64,000 nt of DNA. It comes from Antechinus flavipes (taxonomy: Eukaryota). The notes beneath the pieces are model-generated. The model was given only the letters and a program-made list of their open reading frames with translations. It searched no databases and was not told the origin of the DNA. Positions 28,201 through 40,776 of this stretch are shown piece by piece. Within the stretch, counting starts at the first letter, position 1. Every line of letters starts with the position of its first letter. The stretch lies in the NCBI RefSeq assembly GCF_016432865.1, contig NC_067399.1:150784001-150848000 (forward strand), given 5' to 3'. The position numbers were made by a program, and so were the translations under genes.

Positions 28201-31200
28201 TGTATGCTCTATTTCCATTTGATATGATAACTTTTAGGAAGCAGGGAGAGAACAAGCATTAGGCACATACTATGTGCCAGATGCAGTGCTCAACATTTTA
28301 CAACTATATCATGGGATCCTCACAAAGTGCTGTGAGATAAGGGATATTGTTATCCCATTTATCATACAAGAGACTGAGGCAGGCAGAGAGTAAGTAAGCC
28401 AAGGGTCACGTGGCTGGTGAGTATCTGAGATCATATATGAATTCAGATTTTCTGACTTCAGGCCTAACACTCTATCCACTGTTAACTTAGCTGCCTCCAG
28501 AACAATGCTTGTATACTTGGGCATTTGATTGTCATAAAATACTTATTCAGCATTTAATACTACTTTTATCTATTCAGAACAATCCAAAAAAGTAAGAATA
28601 AGGCTGATATTCTTGGACTTGTGATTTACTGTGCCTGTCCTCTGCTGCCACAAACCCAGTGCTTTTCAAGATTACCTTACCAAGCCCTATTTATTTTTGA
28701 GTATAACTGCCACAAATGGTGGCAACCAGCATTGGCCATGGTGTTAGTGAAGGAGTCCTGGGAATAGTACTGAGCAGCGTTCAATAACACTGGGCCCATT
28801 AAGTAAAGAAATGTATAAATCCATTCCTTTCATTCCTAAGAGAGATTTAAGGAAATGAAATGAGGAAATGAATGGCAAGAGAGACAAAATAAGGCTAGTG
28901 ACTTTGATTTTTAGCTGCATTAAAAATGACTAAAATACACCAAAAGTATTCAAATAGATATGGACCAATTACACTGTACCATTCGTCCAACAAAATGAAA
29001 AATGAGATAGTTTGACTATTAAAACATTTTTGTGAAAACAAGGAACTGGAAACAAAGTTAGTGTTCCCATCAACTAGAGAATGGTTAAACAAACTGTAGT
29101 ATATGAATAATAAAATGTTATTATTCATTAAGAAATATGAAGAATTTAGAGAAACATAGGAAGATTTGTATGAATTGAAACTGAATAATAATCTGCACAA
29201 TGACTATAATGAAAACAGGCTGTAAGCTTGCCAAAAGCAAGAATTTTTTTTTTCAATCATTATATCCTCAGTGCTTATCCCAGTTCTTCATACACAGTGG
29301 GAATTTAGTAAGTGTTTGTTAAATTAAAGAGTACAAATGAAAAGAAAACTAAAAGGAAGTCCAATATTGATTAATTATAATAATTTATCTTGTCCTAGAA
29401 AACAAATAATGAAACGAAGGAACATGGAGACAGATTTTTATAGTGTCAGATCACTACATTATATGTTTTTGCTTAACTATTTTTTCTTTTTTTTACAGTG
29501 GAGGGTTTAACTCCTTTGTACCAAAGGAAAAAAATCAAACAAAAACAAATAACAGTGACTGCATCTGACAAAATAGAAATTTTATCGTAATAGTCTCTAA
29601 TGTCTCTTCTGAGTGGCAAAAGATTTCTGTCCTTTATGGCCTTCATGGGTATTTCAATTTATTAGAGTTTGTCTTCCTTTTAGTAATCTTAAAGATCTCT
29701 CTATTAAAGCTAGGTAAAATTGTATTTTCAAGTAAATGTCTTTGAAATTTATCTATAAGCATTGATTGACATGGTAAACTTGTAAATGCTTTTTAGTTGT
29801 TTTTAATAATTTGCTAAAATTATACCTTCAAACTTGAGATTAGGTGAATATTTTCTTACACAAATTCACTTTTTGCTGGGGAATCAATACCTTGTAAAAA
29901 TGACTATTATCCAGTGAGATTTTTTTTATGTTATCCAGTATTTGTTTTTGTTGTTGTTGTTGAATACATATAGATGGAATGTGGCATGGTGAATTTGCTG
30001 AACATCAACCTCACATGGCTCAAGACTCATTAAACAGTGGAAATGAGTCAGATTGTATCAACACATCAGGCCATAAAACTGCTATAAATGTACCAGATTT
30101 CCTTCCTGCAATGCAGAAAGCCCTCTTTGTAAGACTTAGTCAGAAACATCAAGAAGATGGAGAACCAATTGGTCACCAGTCTCAGAGGACATTAAGCAAA
30201 GAAGAAGGTAATATCCAAAACAATACAATGTTACCTATTATGCTCTGTGACTAGAGTGATCTAAGTCAATTTTTTTTAAGTTCCGTTTATCCACGATTCC
30301 CTTACTCAGCTTAACTCTGGCACTGCCACTATTCTTTGCCCCACCATATGTCCCATTTATCGCCACAACTGTGAACTCTTTGAGCAGATACTAAAATGAC
30401 AAAAACAGATAATTGTAAAAAGTAGTTGGATGATTGGGATGATCATGTAGTAAGGATCAATGATTGTATGACCAAAGTAACATATTTAATATGCTACATA
30501 CAAATGAAGTAGTGAATAGGGCTGAAGAGTAGAACGTAGACCCCCAGTATTAAATGAATCAGAGTTGAAGCAAAAAACTTCAAGATCAATGTGAAGAAAT
30601 AGGCCTTTAATTTCTAGTTCCTCTTCAAAATAGTGCAGTTAATCTGAAAATTTAAATGGATCTCCAGTTGTAGAAAAAACTGTTGAACAAAGTTCTAAGT
30701 ACTAATTTGGTATTTAGATTGTAATATTAGTGTGTTTGTATATATCATTTTCTGGAGTAATGAACATATTATATAATCTGTACTGCTTTGTTGAATTTTT
30801 GGGAAATATGATTTGAAATAATCAGAATTGGAAAGCCTTCATGTAAGTTAATTTTTTGAATAGCTGAATTAACCCTTTTAGTTTGAAATTTTTACCTTTT
30901 TTGGTGGAAAACACTTCAGAATTTGTCAGAGCTTCCCTTTTAAATAGTAAATCTTTGAAATAAAATTGTAATCACTTTTCATAATTGTTCATGCACATAC
31001 TTACAGTGTTTTTCTTTGTCCCCACCTTCTAAATTGTGGCTTCCAATCTACTATAGGGTAAAAAAAAATAAACAAGCTTATTAAAATATTATATATTCTT
31101 CTAATTTTCTTGTAAAATCTATATATCTAGGTCAAGAATCCATTTTGACCTTATCATAGTAAATGCTGTGAGATACTGGTCCATTTTCATTTCTGCCATA

Positions 31201-33469
31201 ATGCTTTCTAGTTTTCTTAACAATTTTTACCAAATTATGAATTCCTATCGTAAAGGCATAAATTCTTAAACTTGTCAAATAGAAGGTTATTATATTAACT
31301 TGCTACTATAAATGATATATCTATTTCATTCATCTACCTTTCGATTTCTTAGCCAGTGCCAGATAGTTTTGATAATTGTTGCCTTATAATACAGTTTAAG
31401 ATCTGATCCTGTTAAATTTCCTTTCTTTATACTTTTTCCCCCATTGCTTCCTTTGATATTCTAGATTTTTTTGTTTTTCCTAATGAATTCTGTTATTATT
31501 TTTTCTAATTCATTAAAGTAATTTTTGATAATTCAATTGGAATGGTATTGATATGTAAATATATAAATCAATGTGGGTAAAATTATATTGGCTTTTTCTA
31601 ACCATGAACAATTAATATTTTTTCAATTATTTAAATCCAGATAATGTTAATATATGATATGCATTCAAAGACATCCTTATGTACAGTTTAGTGGCCTCCA
31701 TTTCTATTTGATTTTAATAATTCATTGCTTTAGAGAAGTCATTGACTCTGGTACTGCAGTTAGCAACTATGCAATCACATATGTATGTGTGCATGCACGT
31801 ATGTGTGTATGTGTATGACATTCTAGTCCAAAAGAGTACCTTATTCTAGCTTCTATTTTTTCATTTCCCTCATTGTTAGCTCAGGTTTCAGAGAATGTTA
31901 TTATAAAGACCATATGTGGTTTTGAAATTTTAAATTTAAATGTGACCTTTTTTTGAATTTTGTTTGCTTTTAGATGATAATGTTAACTGGTATTCCAGTA
32001 GTGAAGAAGAAGAGGGAAGTAGTGTCAAATCAATATTGAAAACTTTACAGAAACAAACAGAGACTTTAAGGAATCAACAACATTCCACAGAACTTGGTAC
32101 TCCTACCGATCCAAGACTTGCTAAAGACAAAAATACAGGAAACCAAACTGTTGATCCTAGACTTAGGGCTGTCCCAAGACAAAGTGTTAGAAAACCTGAT
32201 TCTGCTCCTTTTGATCCTAGACTTGCCCGAGACCCCAGGAAATTAAAACTTAATGAAAGTAGTCACCCAAACCCTTGTATTGGTGGAGGAAAGTTTGACT
32301 TACACCATACAAATTCTGGAGCTAAAGTCAAACAAAAAGGAATAGATGAAGAAGAAGAAGAAACAGAAAGAGAACTGAGAGAAAAAGCTTTCCTAATACC
32401 TTTGGAATCTTTACCTGGTGTAACACTACAAGATCCAAGGTCTCAGCTTAGACAATTCAGCCATATTAAAATGGATATTATCCTGACCAAACCAAACTTT
32501 GCAAAATACATTGTATGGGCTCCTGAAGATTTACTTCCAGTACCCTTACCTAAACCTGACCCCATTTCATCAATTAACTTACCTCTTCCCCCACTTATAG
32601 CTGACCAGAGGCTAAATAAATTACGTAACATAAACAGTGATCTTCATCAGAGTACAATACCAGCTGATCCAAGATTAGCAGCAAAAGCCAAAAATAATAC
32701 TACAAGAAGTGGATATTTGGACCAACCTGGAGAAACCCATAGTCCAGGAAATAAATTAGGAGATCCTAGGTTGCAAAAAAATATTGATCCTAGACTTCAT
32801 AGGCTGTCCAGTACAGATTCTCATCATGGGATTGCAAAGGATCCTCATCCATCAAAATTTGATCCACGTTTGTCCAGACCTAGTCCTGGTTCATCACAGA
32901 CTTCAGGGGCAGTAACTAATAAATCTGAGTCTGATTCTCTTCCTCCATATGCTCCTAAACTCTCAGCTTCAACTGGTATTAGACTAGGAACACCAAGTTC
33001 TATACTTAGTGGCATTAGTTTGTATGACCCAAGGGAACATGGTTCATTGTCTTTATCAGATTCAACACCACTTTCTTTAGGAGAGAATGGAGAGAACCAG
33101 AGAAAAATCAGTGGCTTACAAAACAATGGCAAAATTGAGCTTTCTCCTTCAGAAGCTTTTCAAAAGACCACTCAAAATTTGGAAAAGACTACAGATGGGC
33201 CAGTTGATCCACAGTTGGATAAACAGAATACTATTAAGACTCAGGTTAAATCTGAGCCCCCACAACCTAGTACTGCACCAGCAGTGCACAACCTTCCAAT
33301 CCAGGCTTTAACAGGATTAATAAGACCACAGTACAGTGATCCAAGACAGACAAGACAGCTGGGACAGGTGAATCAAGCACCAGATAATGATCCAAATGGA
33401 GAATCAGATGATAAATCCCTGAAGGATGTTTTTAAAACTTTTGATCCAACAGCTTCACCATTTTGTTAG
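4055..33469 (+). CDS. ZC3H6: ZC3H6, zinc finger CCCH domain-containing protein 6; 5'-partial, join(4055-4307,5381-5514,12845-12961,13351-13462,14670-14779,19873-20126,23468-23979,29974-30207,31974-33469)
   Basis: Nine exons join in one open frame (3222 nt, 1073 aa + TAG) with consistent phases. Peptide has three CCCH fingers, [29 protein letters not shown] repeats and terminal [12 protein letters not shown], matching recalled mammalian ZC3H6. Confidence 0.97.
5333..5378. repeat. (AT)18 microsatellite plus T11 tract at a ZC3H6 acceptor
   Basis: Direct reading. Confidence 0.95.
5381..5514 (+). CDS. ZC3H6: ZC3H6 exon (about 5), RG-rich: [45 protein letters not shown]
   Basis: T11-AG acceptor, GAG|gtaata donor; 134 nt, phase 1 to 0. 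Confidence 0.93.
8140..9050 (+). mobile_element. L2 LINE remnant (RT end and 3' region)
   Basis: cttatttgacttttctgcagcatttaacact resembles the L2 LDLSAAFDT motif; pyrimidine-rich L2 body. Confidence 0.75.
11266..11301. repeat. (GT)n microsatellite
   Basis: Direct reading. Confidence 0.95.
11671..11905 (-). mobile_element. Partial ERV LTR, same family as 55225-55591
   Basis: Shares cctatctctctgcttggttccaagagctc..ccgaatgtc..ccaaatccaaagg with the 55.3-kb element; TG terminus at 11671; minus-strand AATAAA. Confidence 0.6.
12314..12469 (+). mobile_element. WSINE1-type SINE with (AAT)n tail
   Basis: ggcagctaagtgg..ccagccctgaagtcaggaggacctgagttcaaatc; candidate TSD ataattaa at 12306-12313 and 12470-12477. 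Confidence 0.85.
12845..12961 (+). CDS. ZC3H6: ZC3H6 exon (about 6), DGKPVKKW...[12 protein letters not shown] (start of CCCH finger 1)
   Basis: ttttattatag acceptor, AAG|gtaaag donor; 117 nt, phase 0 to 0. Confidence 0.96.
13351..13462 (+). CDS. ZC3H6: ZC3H6 exon (about 7), GDQCKFDH...[20 protein letters not shown] (finger 1 end, finger 2)
   Basis: ttcctcttgcataacag acceptor; ends CAT A|ATATCCTTT (U12 donor); 112 nt. Confidence 0.96.
13463..14669 (+). other. U12-type (minor spliceosome) AT-AC intron of ZC3H6, 1207 nt
   Basis: 5' end ATATCCTTT; branch site TTCCTTAAT at 14650-14658; ends AC at 14668-14669; removal restores [11 protein letters not shown] in frame. Confidence 0.96.
14670..14779 (+). 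CDS. ZC3H6: ZC3H6 exon (about 8), (N)[23 protein letters not shown]...LLDK (finger 3)
   Basis: Follows AC acceptor; AAA|gtaagt donor; 110 nt, phase 1 to 0. Confidence 0.96.
15150..18050 (+). mobile_element. Two tandem L2 LINE remnants (about 15150-16870 and 16920-18050)
   Basis: Long pyrimidine-rich L2 3' halves, each ending in a gtatcccc..cacatagtagg..aataaatg-type tail. Confidence 0.7.
18680..19720 (-). mobile_element. L2 LINE remnant
   Basis: Purine-rich antisense L2 body. Confidence 0.65.
19873..20126 (+). CDS. ZC3H6: ZC3H6 exon (about 9), VLNTEEE...[16 protein letters not shown]...HKIGK
   Basis: ttttcttttag acceptor, AA|gtaagt donor; 254 nt, phase 0 to 2. Confidence 0.96.
23468..23979 (+). 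CDS. ZC3H6: ZC3H6 exon (about 10), Pro/Gly/His-rich region
   Basis: tttttacag acceptor, G|gtaagt donor; 512 nt, phase 2 to 1; overlaps ORF 23541..24026. Confidence 0.96.
24021..24139 (+). repeat. 119-bp AT-rich direct repeat, copy 1 (copy 2 at 25258-25376)
   Basis: Identical except one base (tttgat vs ttcgat); offset 1237. Confidence 0.93.
25209..25256. repeat. (AC)n(AT)n compound microsatellite
   Basis: Direct reading. Confidence 0.95.
25990..26400 (-). mobile_element. CR1/L3 LINE RT fragment with embedded (AC)n/(AG)n
   Basis: Minus strand cttattaaatttgcagattacaca = LIKFADYT, the CR1-type FADD motif. Confidence 0.65.
27100..27950 (-). mobile_element. L2 LINE remnant
   Basis: Antisense L2 3' end (aacacttattaagcacc..ggctctgtgctaagg..ctctgccctcaagaagcttacag). 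Confidence 0.7.
29974..30207 (+). CDS. ZC3H6: ZC3H6 exon (about 11), DGMWHGEF...LSKEE
   Basis: catatag acceptor, G|gtaata donor; 234 nt, phase 1 to 1; overlaps ORF 29979..30254. Confidence 0.94.
31000..31640 (-). mobile_element. L1 ORF2 remnant
   Basis: ttgataattgttgccttataatacagtttaagatctg is the antisense of the PDxKLYYKAxIIKTIW motif. Confidence 0.7.
31974..33469 (+). CDS. ZC3H6: ZC3H6 terminal coding exon (about 12), DPR-repeat C-terminus ending FDPTASPFC-stop
   Basis: tttgcttttag acceptor; in frame with ORF 31964..33469; TAG at 33467-33469. Confidence 0.97.
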
Positions 33470-33744
33470 CAATTGCTTTATTAAAAAATTCTTTTTACTG
33501 TTGCGACTATTGCAGTTCTCTGCTGTTTTGTAACTGGTTTACCTCTATGCTTTATTTATTTTTAAATTATAATTATCAACACTTTTTCAGCTGCTAATTC
33601 CAGAACCACATGCAGTTATATGCTCTAGTGTTTGCAAAGATGTGGTATTTTCTACATACTTTTTCAACTTCAGGGAGACTGTAATAATTGACTTATAGAA
33701 ACAGATGTATCACGTTAGAGCTGATAAAAGCACTTTTCATTGTA

Positions 33745-33750
33745 AATAAA
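33745..33750 (+). terminator. Candidate proximal poly(A) signal of ZC3H6 (a second at 33877-33882)
   Basis: First AATAAA I found after the stop; TGTA motif directly upstream; U/GU-rich sequence downstream. Confidence 0.45.
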
Positions 33751-34280
33751 ACATCATGAAGAACTCGGCACTCAACCTGTATATGTACAAGCTGTCTTCA
33801 TAATCAATGTTTAGACAAATAATTGCCACTTTTGTATGATGTATAGTTTTGAGCAATACAATGTGTATTACTTTAAAATAAATATTTCAGACTAAGATCT
33901 TCTGAATTTATCAGGCCAAACCTGCTAACTGAAAGATAAACAAATGAAGTTTAAAAAAAAAAAAAAAGCTTAATCCTCATTTTTAGAGCAGTTGATATAA
34001 GGACATCACTTTTATTCATTCTGTCAATATTTTTGTGCAAATGATAACTATATCATCTACTAAAGCATTCAAAATGTCTTATCTTTTCAAAGTATTTTCT
34101 TCTATACTGTATATAAAAAATTGTGAAGTCTGTAACTAAAATGTTGTTAAAAGGTGAGAATACCTAAGTTGTCTAATACAAAACTTTTTATTTAATTTTT
34201 CACATAAAACAATTCTGAATTAGTGCTATAGGTTACATTGTGGTGTTTATGTATTCCAATGTATTTTTGTATTCAGCAGC

Positions 34281-34524
34281 TTAATTTGTATTGCTTTTTT
34301 GTATTGATGTTACTGCAGTACTTGTATTCATCGTGTCTTCAGCATTTTTAACAAAATTTTAAAAAGATATAGTGGGAGTCCATTAGTGACTATTAAACTG
34401 ATAATGTTCTCAATGACCAGGTACCGTATTTTTACTTATAACTCTTGGAAAATAGAAACTACCTGAACCAATCTTATACAGAGATTACTGATCTAATCAA
34501 CTGTACACAACTACCAGAAAAGAA
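34281..34524 (+). repeat. Diverged ~230-bp direct repeat in the ZC3H6 3' UTR, copy 1 (copy 2 about 35921-36146)
   Basis: Colinear shared blocks gggagtc, ttaaactgataatgttct, aaaataga..tacctgaac, ctaccagaaaagaa. Confidence 0.85.
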
Positions 34525-37500
34525 CCTCTTTTAAATCTAGCCCAATGGGCATTCTACCGTAAAAGGGACTATCTTGTGTTTGAGTATTTAATGTTCTCAT
34601 GGTTTGTAAATCTCCTAAATTGATTAGAAATTGTATTTTTATAAAACCTCGTATTCTTGTGTATTTATTATAGTGTACAAATAATGGCTAGCCTATTTGT
34701 TTCAAACTTTGTCATGCACATACTGTTTAGAACTCAGAAAATAAGTATTACACTGATACTCATATATCCTCAGCTAAAGATATATGATAGTGTTTGCTGA
34801 TAGCAAATTCAGTAGGTAACTTTGAGAGGAGCATTTCATTATAAACCATAATGAAAGTAAAAGTTAGGATTTTTAAACTTAGCCTAGAAATTGGTCTTCA
34901 AATAAAAATGACCACTTTTGCTAAGTAATTTTTAAAATTACATGGCTAATTGTTTCTGTGGGAACCTGTCACCTTTGTACCTAGATACTCAGATAATAGC
35001 ATAAGATTTAATATTAATATTAATGCATGTACACTCCTTACTTTTTATTCATTATTTGTTATTATTTGACCTATTACATTTATACTGAAACTGAGTTTCA
35101 GTTAGAGTAGCAAATGTATGTCTATTCCATGATAAGAAATTTTTTTAATGGGAAGAGAGGTACTATACTAAGATATAAATGTGATTGCCTACTGATTCTC
35201 TTTTAATTGCTTGATAGCCATGGACAGGTCTTTTTGGTTAAAAAAAAAAAAAAGAAAAGAAAAGAAAAAGTCATAATGACAGTAGTCATCATAATATAAA
35301 TTCTGCTTTCTTAACTAAGGAAACAATTGTCTAATAAAAACACTCAATAGAGGGTGCAAAATTTAAGTCAAATATATTTTTAAATATATATACATATATA
35401 TATACTCACACATACACACATTTTATTTTTTTGGTTAAAACTGAATACTAATTCACTACAAAGAGCATCACTACATTTTTTAAACTTATTTAGCTATAAT
35501 AGCTGCAATTAGCTCATTCATGTATCTCAAGGCTCCTCATAATATATTTAAATACTGTACACATTTGAATAACATATGAAAAGATAATATCTGTTTATAT
35601 TTAAGATAGAATCTAAGCCAGTAGTCTTGATTCCACTCTTTTAATAATAGAGGATCTTTTTTCCACTAAAAAGTTATCAACAGTAAGAATTAACATTCAT
35701 GAATGTTAAATAAGTTTGCTCAAGTGATGGTTATTAAGACATGTTGCCTCGGTCAGATTTTGGTTATAACTTAAAATGGAAGTAAATACATTATATAAAG
35801 AAGGCGTTTTGTTTTAAAATAAATTATTTCATATATAATTGCAGTTGAGCTATATCTAGCTAAGAAAGAAATTGTTTTCTCACACTGGCATGTCAAGTAC
35901 ACTGGCCTACATAGACAATTTTAATGTATTTTTGATATTGATATAATTGTAGTTCATTAATTGTGTTTGGGACATTTTAAACAGAATTATAAAAAATGTA
36001 AAGGGAGTCTTTTAATGATTGTTAAACTGATAATGTTCTAAAAGAATAGGTACTGTATTTTTTTAATTTACAATGTTGGTAAAATAGACAATACCTGAAC
36101 TAATTTTATATAAGAATTATGGATAAAAACAGCTACCAGAAAAGAAAATTTACTAATTGTTTTCCTTTTATACTCTTTTTGAGTGTTTTTCTTAATAATT
36201 AAGGTCCCTTAGGAAAGCAGAACTTAAAGGATATGATGACTATTTCAACCTTTTTTCCTCACCAAAAATTCATGGAACAATATTCTCTGATTTATAAGCC
36301 ACTTTATAGGGTTGAATTAGATATTTGAACCATTAGTGTCCCTTAAAGCAAATTATACCCTTTTCCCTCAGCAACTATGAAGATTCCAGAGGCAACTAGG
36401 AATAGGTTGTGGCCTTGAGAAAAATCCGATTTAGACCTTATTCTTTCTACATTACTTTAAGGCATAATGTTCTTTTCATAGTTGCACACTTATGTGCTTT
36501 AGATCTTAGATGGATATAATTACTGATTATGATCAGGAATCTGAACTGAGGTACAAGAGATCATAGTTTATTTGAAGATTGCTCTTTCTCAAATCTGATT
36601 TGGCTATTGCATATAGCCTCAGACTTCTATCTTTGGAGGATTACAACATTGAACTAGTCTCAAATATTACCCTAAGGACATCGATCTCCCCAAGCTGTAA
36701 GCTTAAACATTTCACAACCCCAGATTCACCCTTTGCATAGATTCCAGATTCCAAAGTTTTTAATATTTTAAAATGTAGAATGAAACCAGATTTCATGGAT
36801 AAGAAATAATGTCAAGTTTCCCCTAAAATTTCTTGCATTTGATCTTTTTTAAGATTTCTAGCTTTTATTGTCAACCCTCTTTATTTTGAGAGTAGAATGA
36901 TATTTGATTATTAAAGAAAGGTTCATCTAAATTCATCTATATAATTTTTCTTAAAAGTGGTGTGGTAGTGTGGAACATCAAGCTGAGAATTTTAAAATTA
37001 TGAATTTATGTATTGGTTCTAAATGTATTTGCCCTAAACAAATGAATTGATTTTGTGTCTATTTCCTCATTTATGAAGTGAGGATAATATGGCTGCTCAC
37101 AATTGTTGAAAGAAATAATAAATAATTATTGTAAAGTATTTTGTAAATAGAAAATTGCTTTTTAAGTACTTCATAAAAATAATCCATCTATACCTACTGG
37201 GATGAATTAAGTTGTACAACTTGGAAAGCAACTTGTGAAGTTTCAATAATGTATGTTGAAATTATTTTAGAGCCTTCATTCATGTTTCTTAAAGTCACAG
37301 TTGCCTAATAATTTGCTTCAAATAATTTCAACAAGTACCAGTTTCCTGAACTATAGTTTATATTATTTATAAACAGAAAAACAATCCTTGCTCCAGGGTT
37401 TTCCTTTATTTTCGTGTGTGTCTATGTGTCTGTGTTAAAAATGGGACATTTATACAAATTTACAAAGCATGATACTGAGTGGTGGAGTTTTTTAATTGCT

Positions 37501-40500
37501 GTAAAAGGCTGCTTCTGTGTGGTATATTTGATAATACAACATTCTTCTGAGGTAACAAGCTCAATCATTGTATTTTGCCTATGGCTCTTAGAATCCAGCT
37601 TGCCCATTCTGTGCAGTACATTACTTTCTATGTTCATGTATGAAGCTTGTGATAGTGCTAAGTATTTCAGAAAAGTAATGTCACTTATATCAGAATGACC
37701 ATTTAATCAAACCAAGTATTGTCTCTGTCAAATACAGTGAAAGCCATAGATTGCTTAAAAGGTGGAAGATTTCTTGGACCCATGACTTTGAGGTCTCAAT
37801 ATAATGGGAAAGAGTCTGCTGTGACATAGGACTCTGTTGGCAAAGCTTGTATCTTCCTTGTGCCTAGTTAGTGAGTTTATTAGTTCTTGTTATCTGTGGA
37901 AATGCAAAGACAGGCTCATTATTCAAGTGGTCTTCAAACTATCACGTCTCTGTGCTTCCTCTAGTAGTCTGCTTTTGTGAACATTGCTGAAATGTAGGTT
38001 TTCCATGTTTTTGGCTGCTCTTTATAATCAACTTGCTGGAAATGAACTTAAAGTTTTACCTGTTGAATTTTTAGGCCTCTAGTAAATTGGCAGCAGTTCA
38101 GAGAAATCTTTGTTTAATTAAACATAAGCCGTGTGTAGCAAAGAAGGCCTTTAGTTGAACATTTTAAAATTACTTCTCTAATGAGAGCCAATGTCATTAG
38201 AATACCTTAATCTGTTTAAAGATTTATAATTTCATCAGTGTGGATTCTTCCTCCCCTGAAGCAGATCCAACCCCACCACATTCCATGAAATTCTGTAGTT
38301 GAAAATTTCATCACTTGGGTGGACAGTTTTCTGGTGATGAGCCTCTCTGCATTTAGTTACTTAGGTGACAGAAATTCAGTCAACTGCCAGGCCCATAATT
38401 AAAGTCTTTCTAGTTTGGTAAGACCTACTAGATTTGTGCTTTACTGGAATAGCCTTTGAGAACTCAGGGTCAACTCCATGCCACAATGAAGCATCAGGGT
38501 AGGACTTTAATGGAGGATCAGTTACTATACTTTGCTATACTTTGCAGATCTGAATGGATCCTGTTGTTCACAAAACTCCAGTAATGAGCATCATACTTCT
38601 TATAGTACTTACTAGTTGCACCATAGCCTAATTTGTCCCTTTGGGCACTTTGGCCTTAAAGGGATACAAGCTAAGAAAGGGCTTTTCATCTTTCCCCAGC
38701 TTTTAATGCTTATGTAAAATAATCTATGTTTTTAAGAATAAATAAAAAGCACATTTGAAATTAGCTTGTAAATGGCTTACGGACAGAAAATACATCTGTT
38801 ATACTTTTTATATACCCCACAGGAACAAGCTTAATACTGGCCATATTGTAATGTTTTATAAATGTTTAATTGATTGGTTTTATTAATGCATTAAACCCAG
38901 GGGTTAATGTTAAGATAACATTTTATCAGAGTAGTAGGGACAAAATTATTTTGTGGCAGCTATGTATACTCTTGATTATGTTCAAGGGCAAGCTACTTTG
39001 TGAATTCTCTTGTCCAATAAACATAAGGTACCTTCTCCAGCCCTACTTTCCCATAATAAATAGTTTGGATAGTATTGATTGTTGGGGTGATTCAGTTTTC
39101 CCTGTATTTATGGTACCATATACCTCAGAGAGTACTGGAAAACACTAAGATAATTTGTGGATGATTAGGCAAATCAAATAGATAAAAATGAATTTTTCCC
39201 ATTGGTCTTTGAAGAATTCTTGATATACATAAAAAGTCACCATTGTAATCATAGATCAGTATTTATTATAAAATAAATCCCTTGTCTGTCTTTGGGTAAT
39301 TTCCCCAAATTGTCTCAAGGACTTAAGCCAACAAACCTTTTTAAATTCCTATCTTCCTTAGAGGAAAGTAAACACTGTGTGTGTTAACACCTTGATAGGT
39401 AGTTTATAGGTAGAATAACAATCAGCATTCACAAGTGATAGTAGTTCTGCCTTGGAAATTTTAAAATTCAATATTGCTTTATTCTAACTCAACAATTTTC
39501 TAATTTTATCTTTAAAGCTTGAAACATCTACCCATCATTGCTATTTTTGGTGACATATTTTATGTGTCAGAGATATATATGAAGAAAGTGTTGATTTTCT
39601 TCTTGGCCTCAAATTTCATTGTCATTTCTTGGCATAACATATAGCATTGTTTGCCTTTTACTTACTAGACATTCACTCTGTATTTTTAAGGAAAAACTAG
39701 CAAACTTGTCACGTTAGCAGCAGATAAGTGGATTATCAGCCCCCATGTTTCCCTTCATGTTCACTATTTGGGCATTTCATTAATAGTTAACACCTCCACC
39801 CCTGTAAAATCTTAAGAAGAGAAGAAATTTGCTTTTTAACTTTGCTACATTTATCAGTAGACACAAAGTTTGCTCTAATATAATTAGAAGTAAGCCAAAA
39901 TTAGTATTTTGCATTGTCCATGTACCTTCACTACCAGCAATGTTTGCAAGTTAGTATATTGAAGGTTGGGATTTTTTGGAGGGAGAGGTAGAGAGGAGAA
40001 AACACAGGATACACATGAAAATAAGCTAAATACAGGATAAGTATTATTACCAGAGTTTTCATTCATCCTTAATCTATTAGCATTTGCACTTCAAGTGCTT
40101 AAGAGGGAAGTCATGTGACTTGAGAAATTTTTCAAGTGATGGTATTCCCTTTTAAGAGTGACAATCAAAAAAGTTATTCAGTATGCCAAATTGCCCTAGT
40201 TCTTAATATTTTTATTCTTCAAAAAACTCTAAAAGGGCTCAGATACAGAATTCCACAGTAGTGAGTTGTTGTTTTTTCCTATTTTGAGCTGTCAGCTTTT
40301 CCAAAATCCAAATGTGTTAATATCATTTGTTGCTTGGGATATAGTGGGTGTGTTTAGACTCATAATAAGCTATTTCTCTGCCAGTTTCATAAATGTAATT
40401 TTTTGCTATGCAAACCCAAATTCTCCAATTCAGTATTAGGTATTTCTGACATTCTTCTATCATTATTTGGGTTCCCAAAACTATCAGATACTGTACTCAT

Positions 40501-40776
40501 GTCATCAGATACATTTCTCTTTAGGGGCTTTTATTGATTGCATCTTTGTGAACTGATAACTTGTGGGAACTCAGACACAATTATCATTTGGCTTTGACCC
40601 TTGTTGACATTGGTAACAGGCCATTCTGCTACTTCTGACCTAACTAAAGGCATATTCATTTAACTAAATTAGGGAAAACTTCGGTTTTCTCCTTATTCAC
40701 TGTTTCCAGATTGCATCTTGTTCTGTTCCAAGATTCTGTAATTTCTTCCTGTAACACTTTCCATTGTCTGACTTGA

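Noticed and set aside
28708-28724. tgccac-aaatg-gtggca palindrome, CTCF-like
   Set aside because: Only a 6-bp stem, with a poor fit to the CTCF core spacing; expected by chance.
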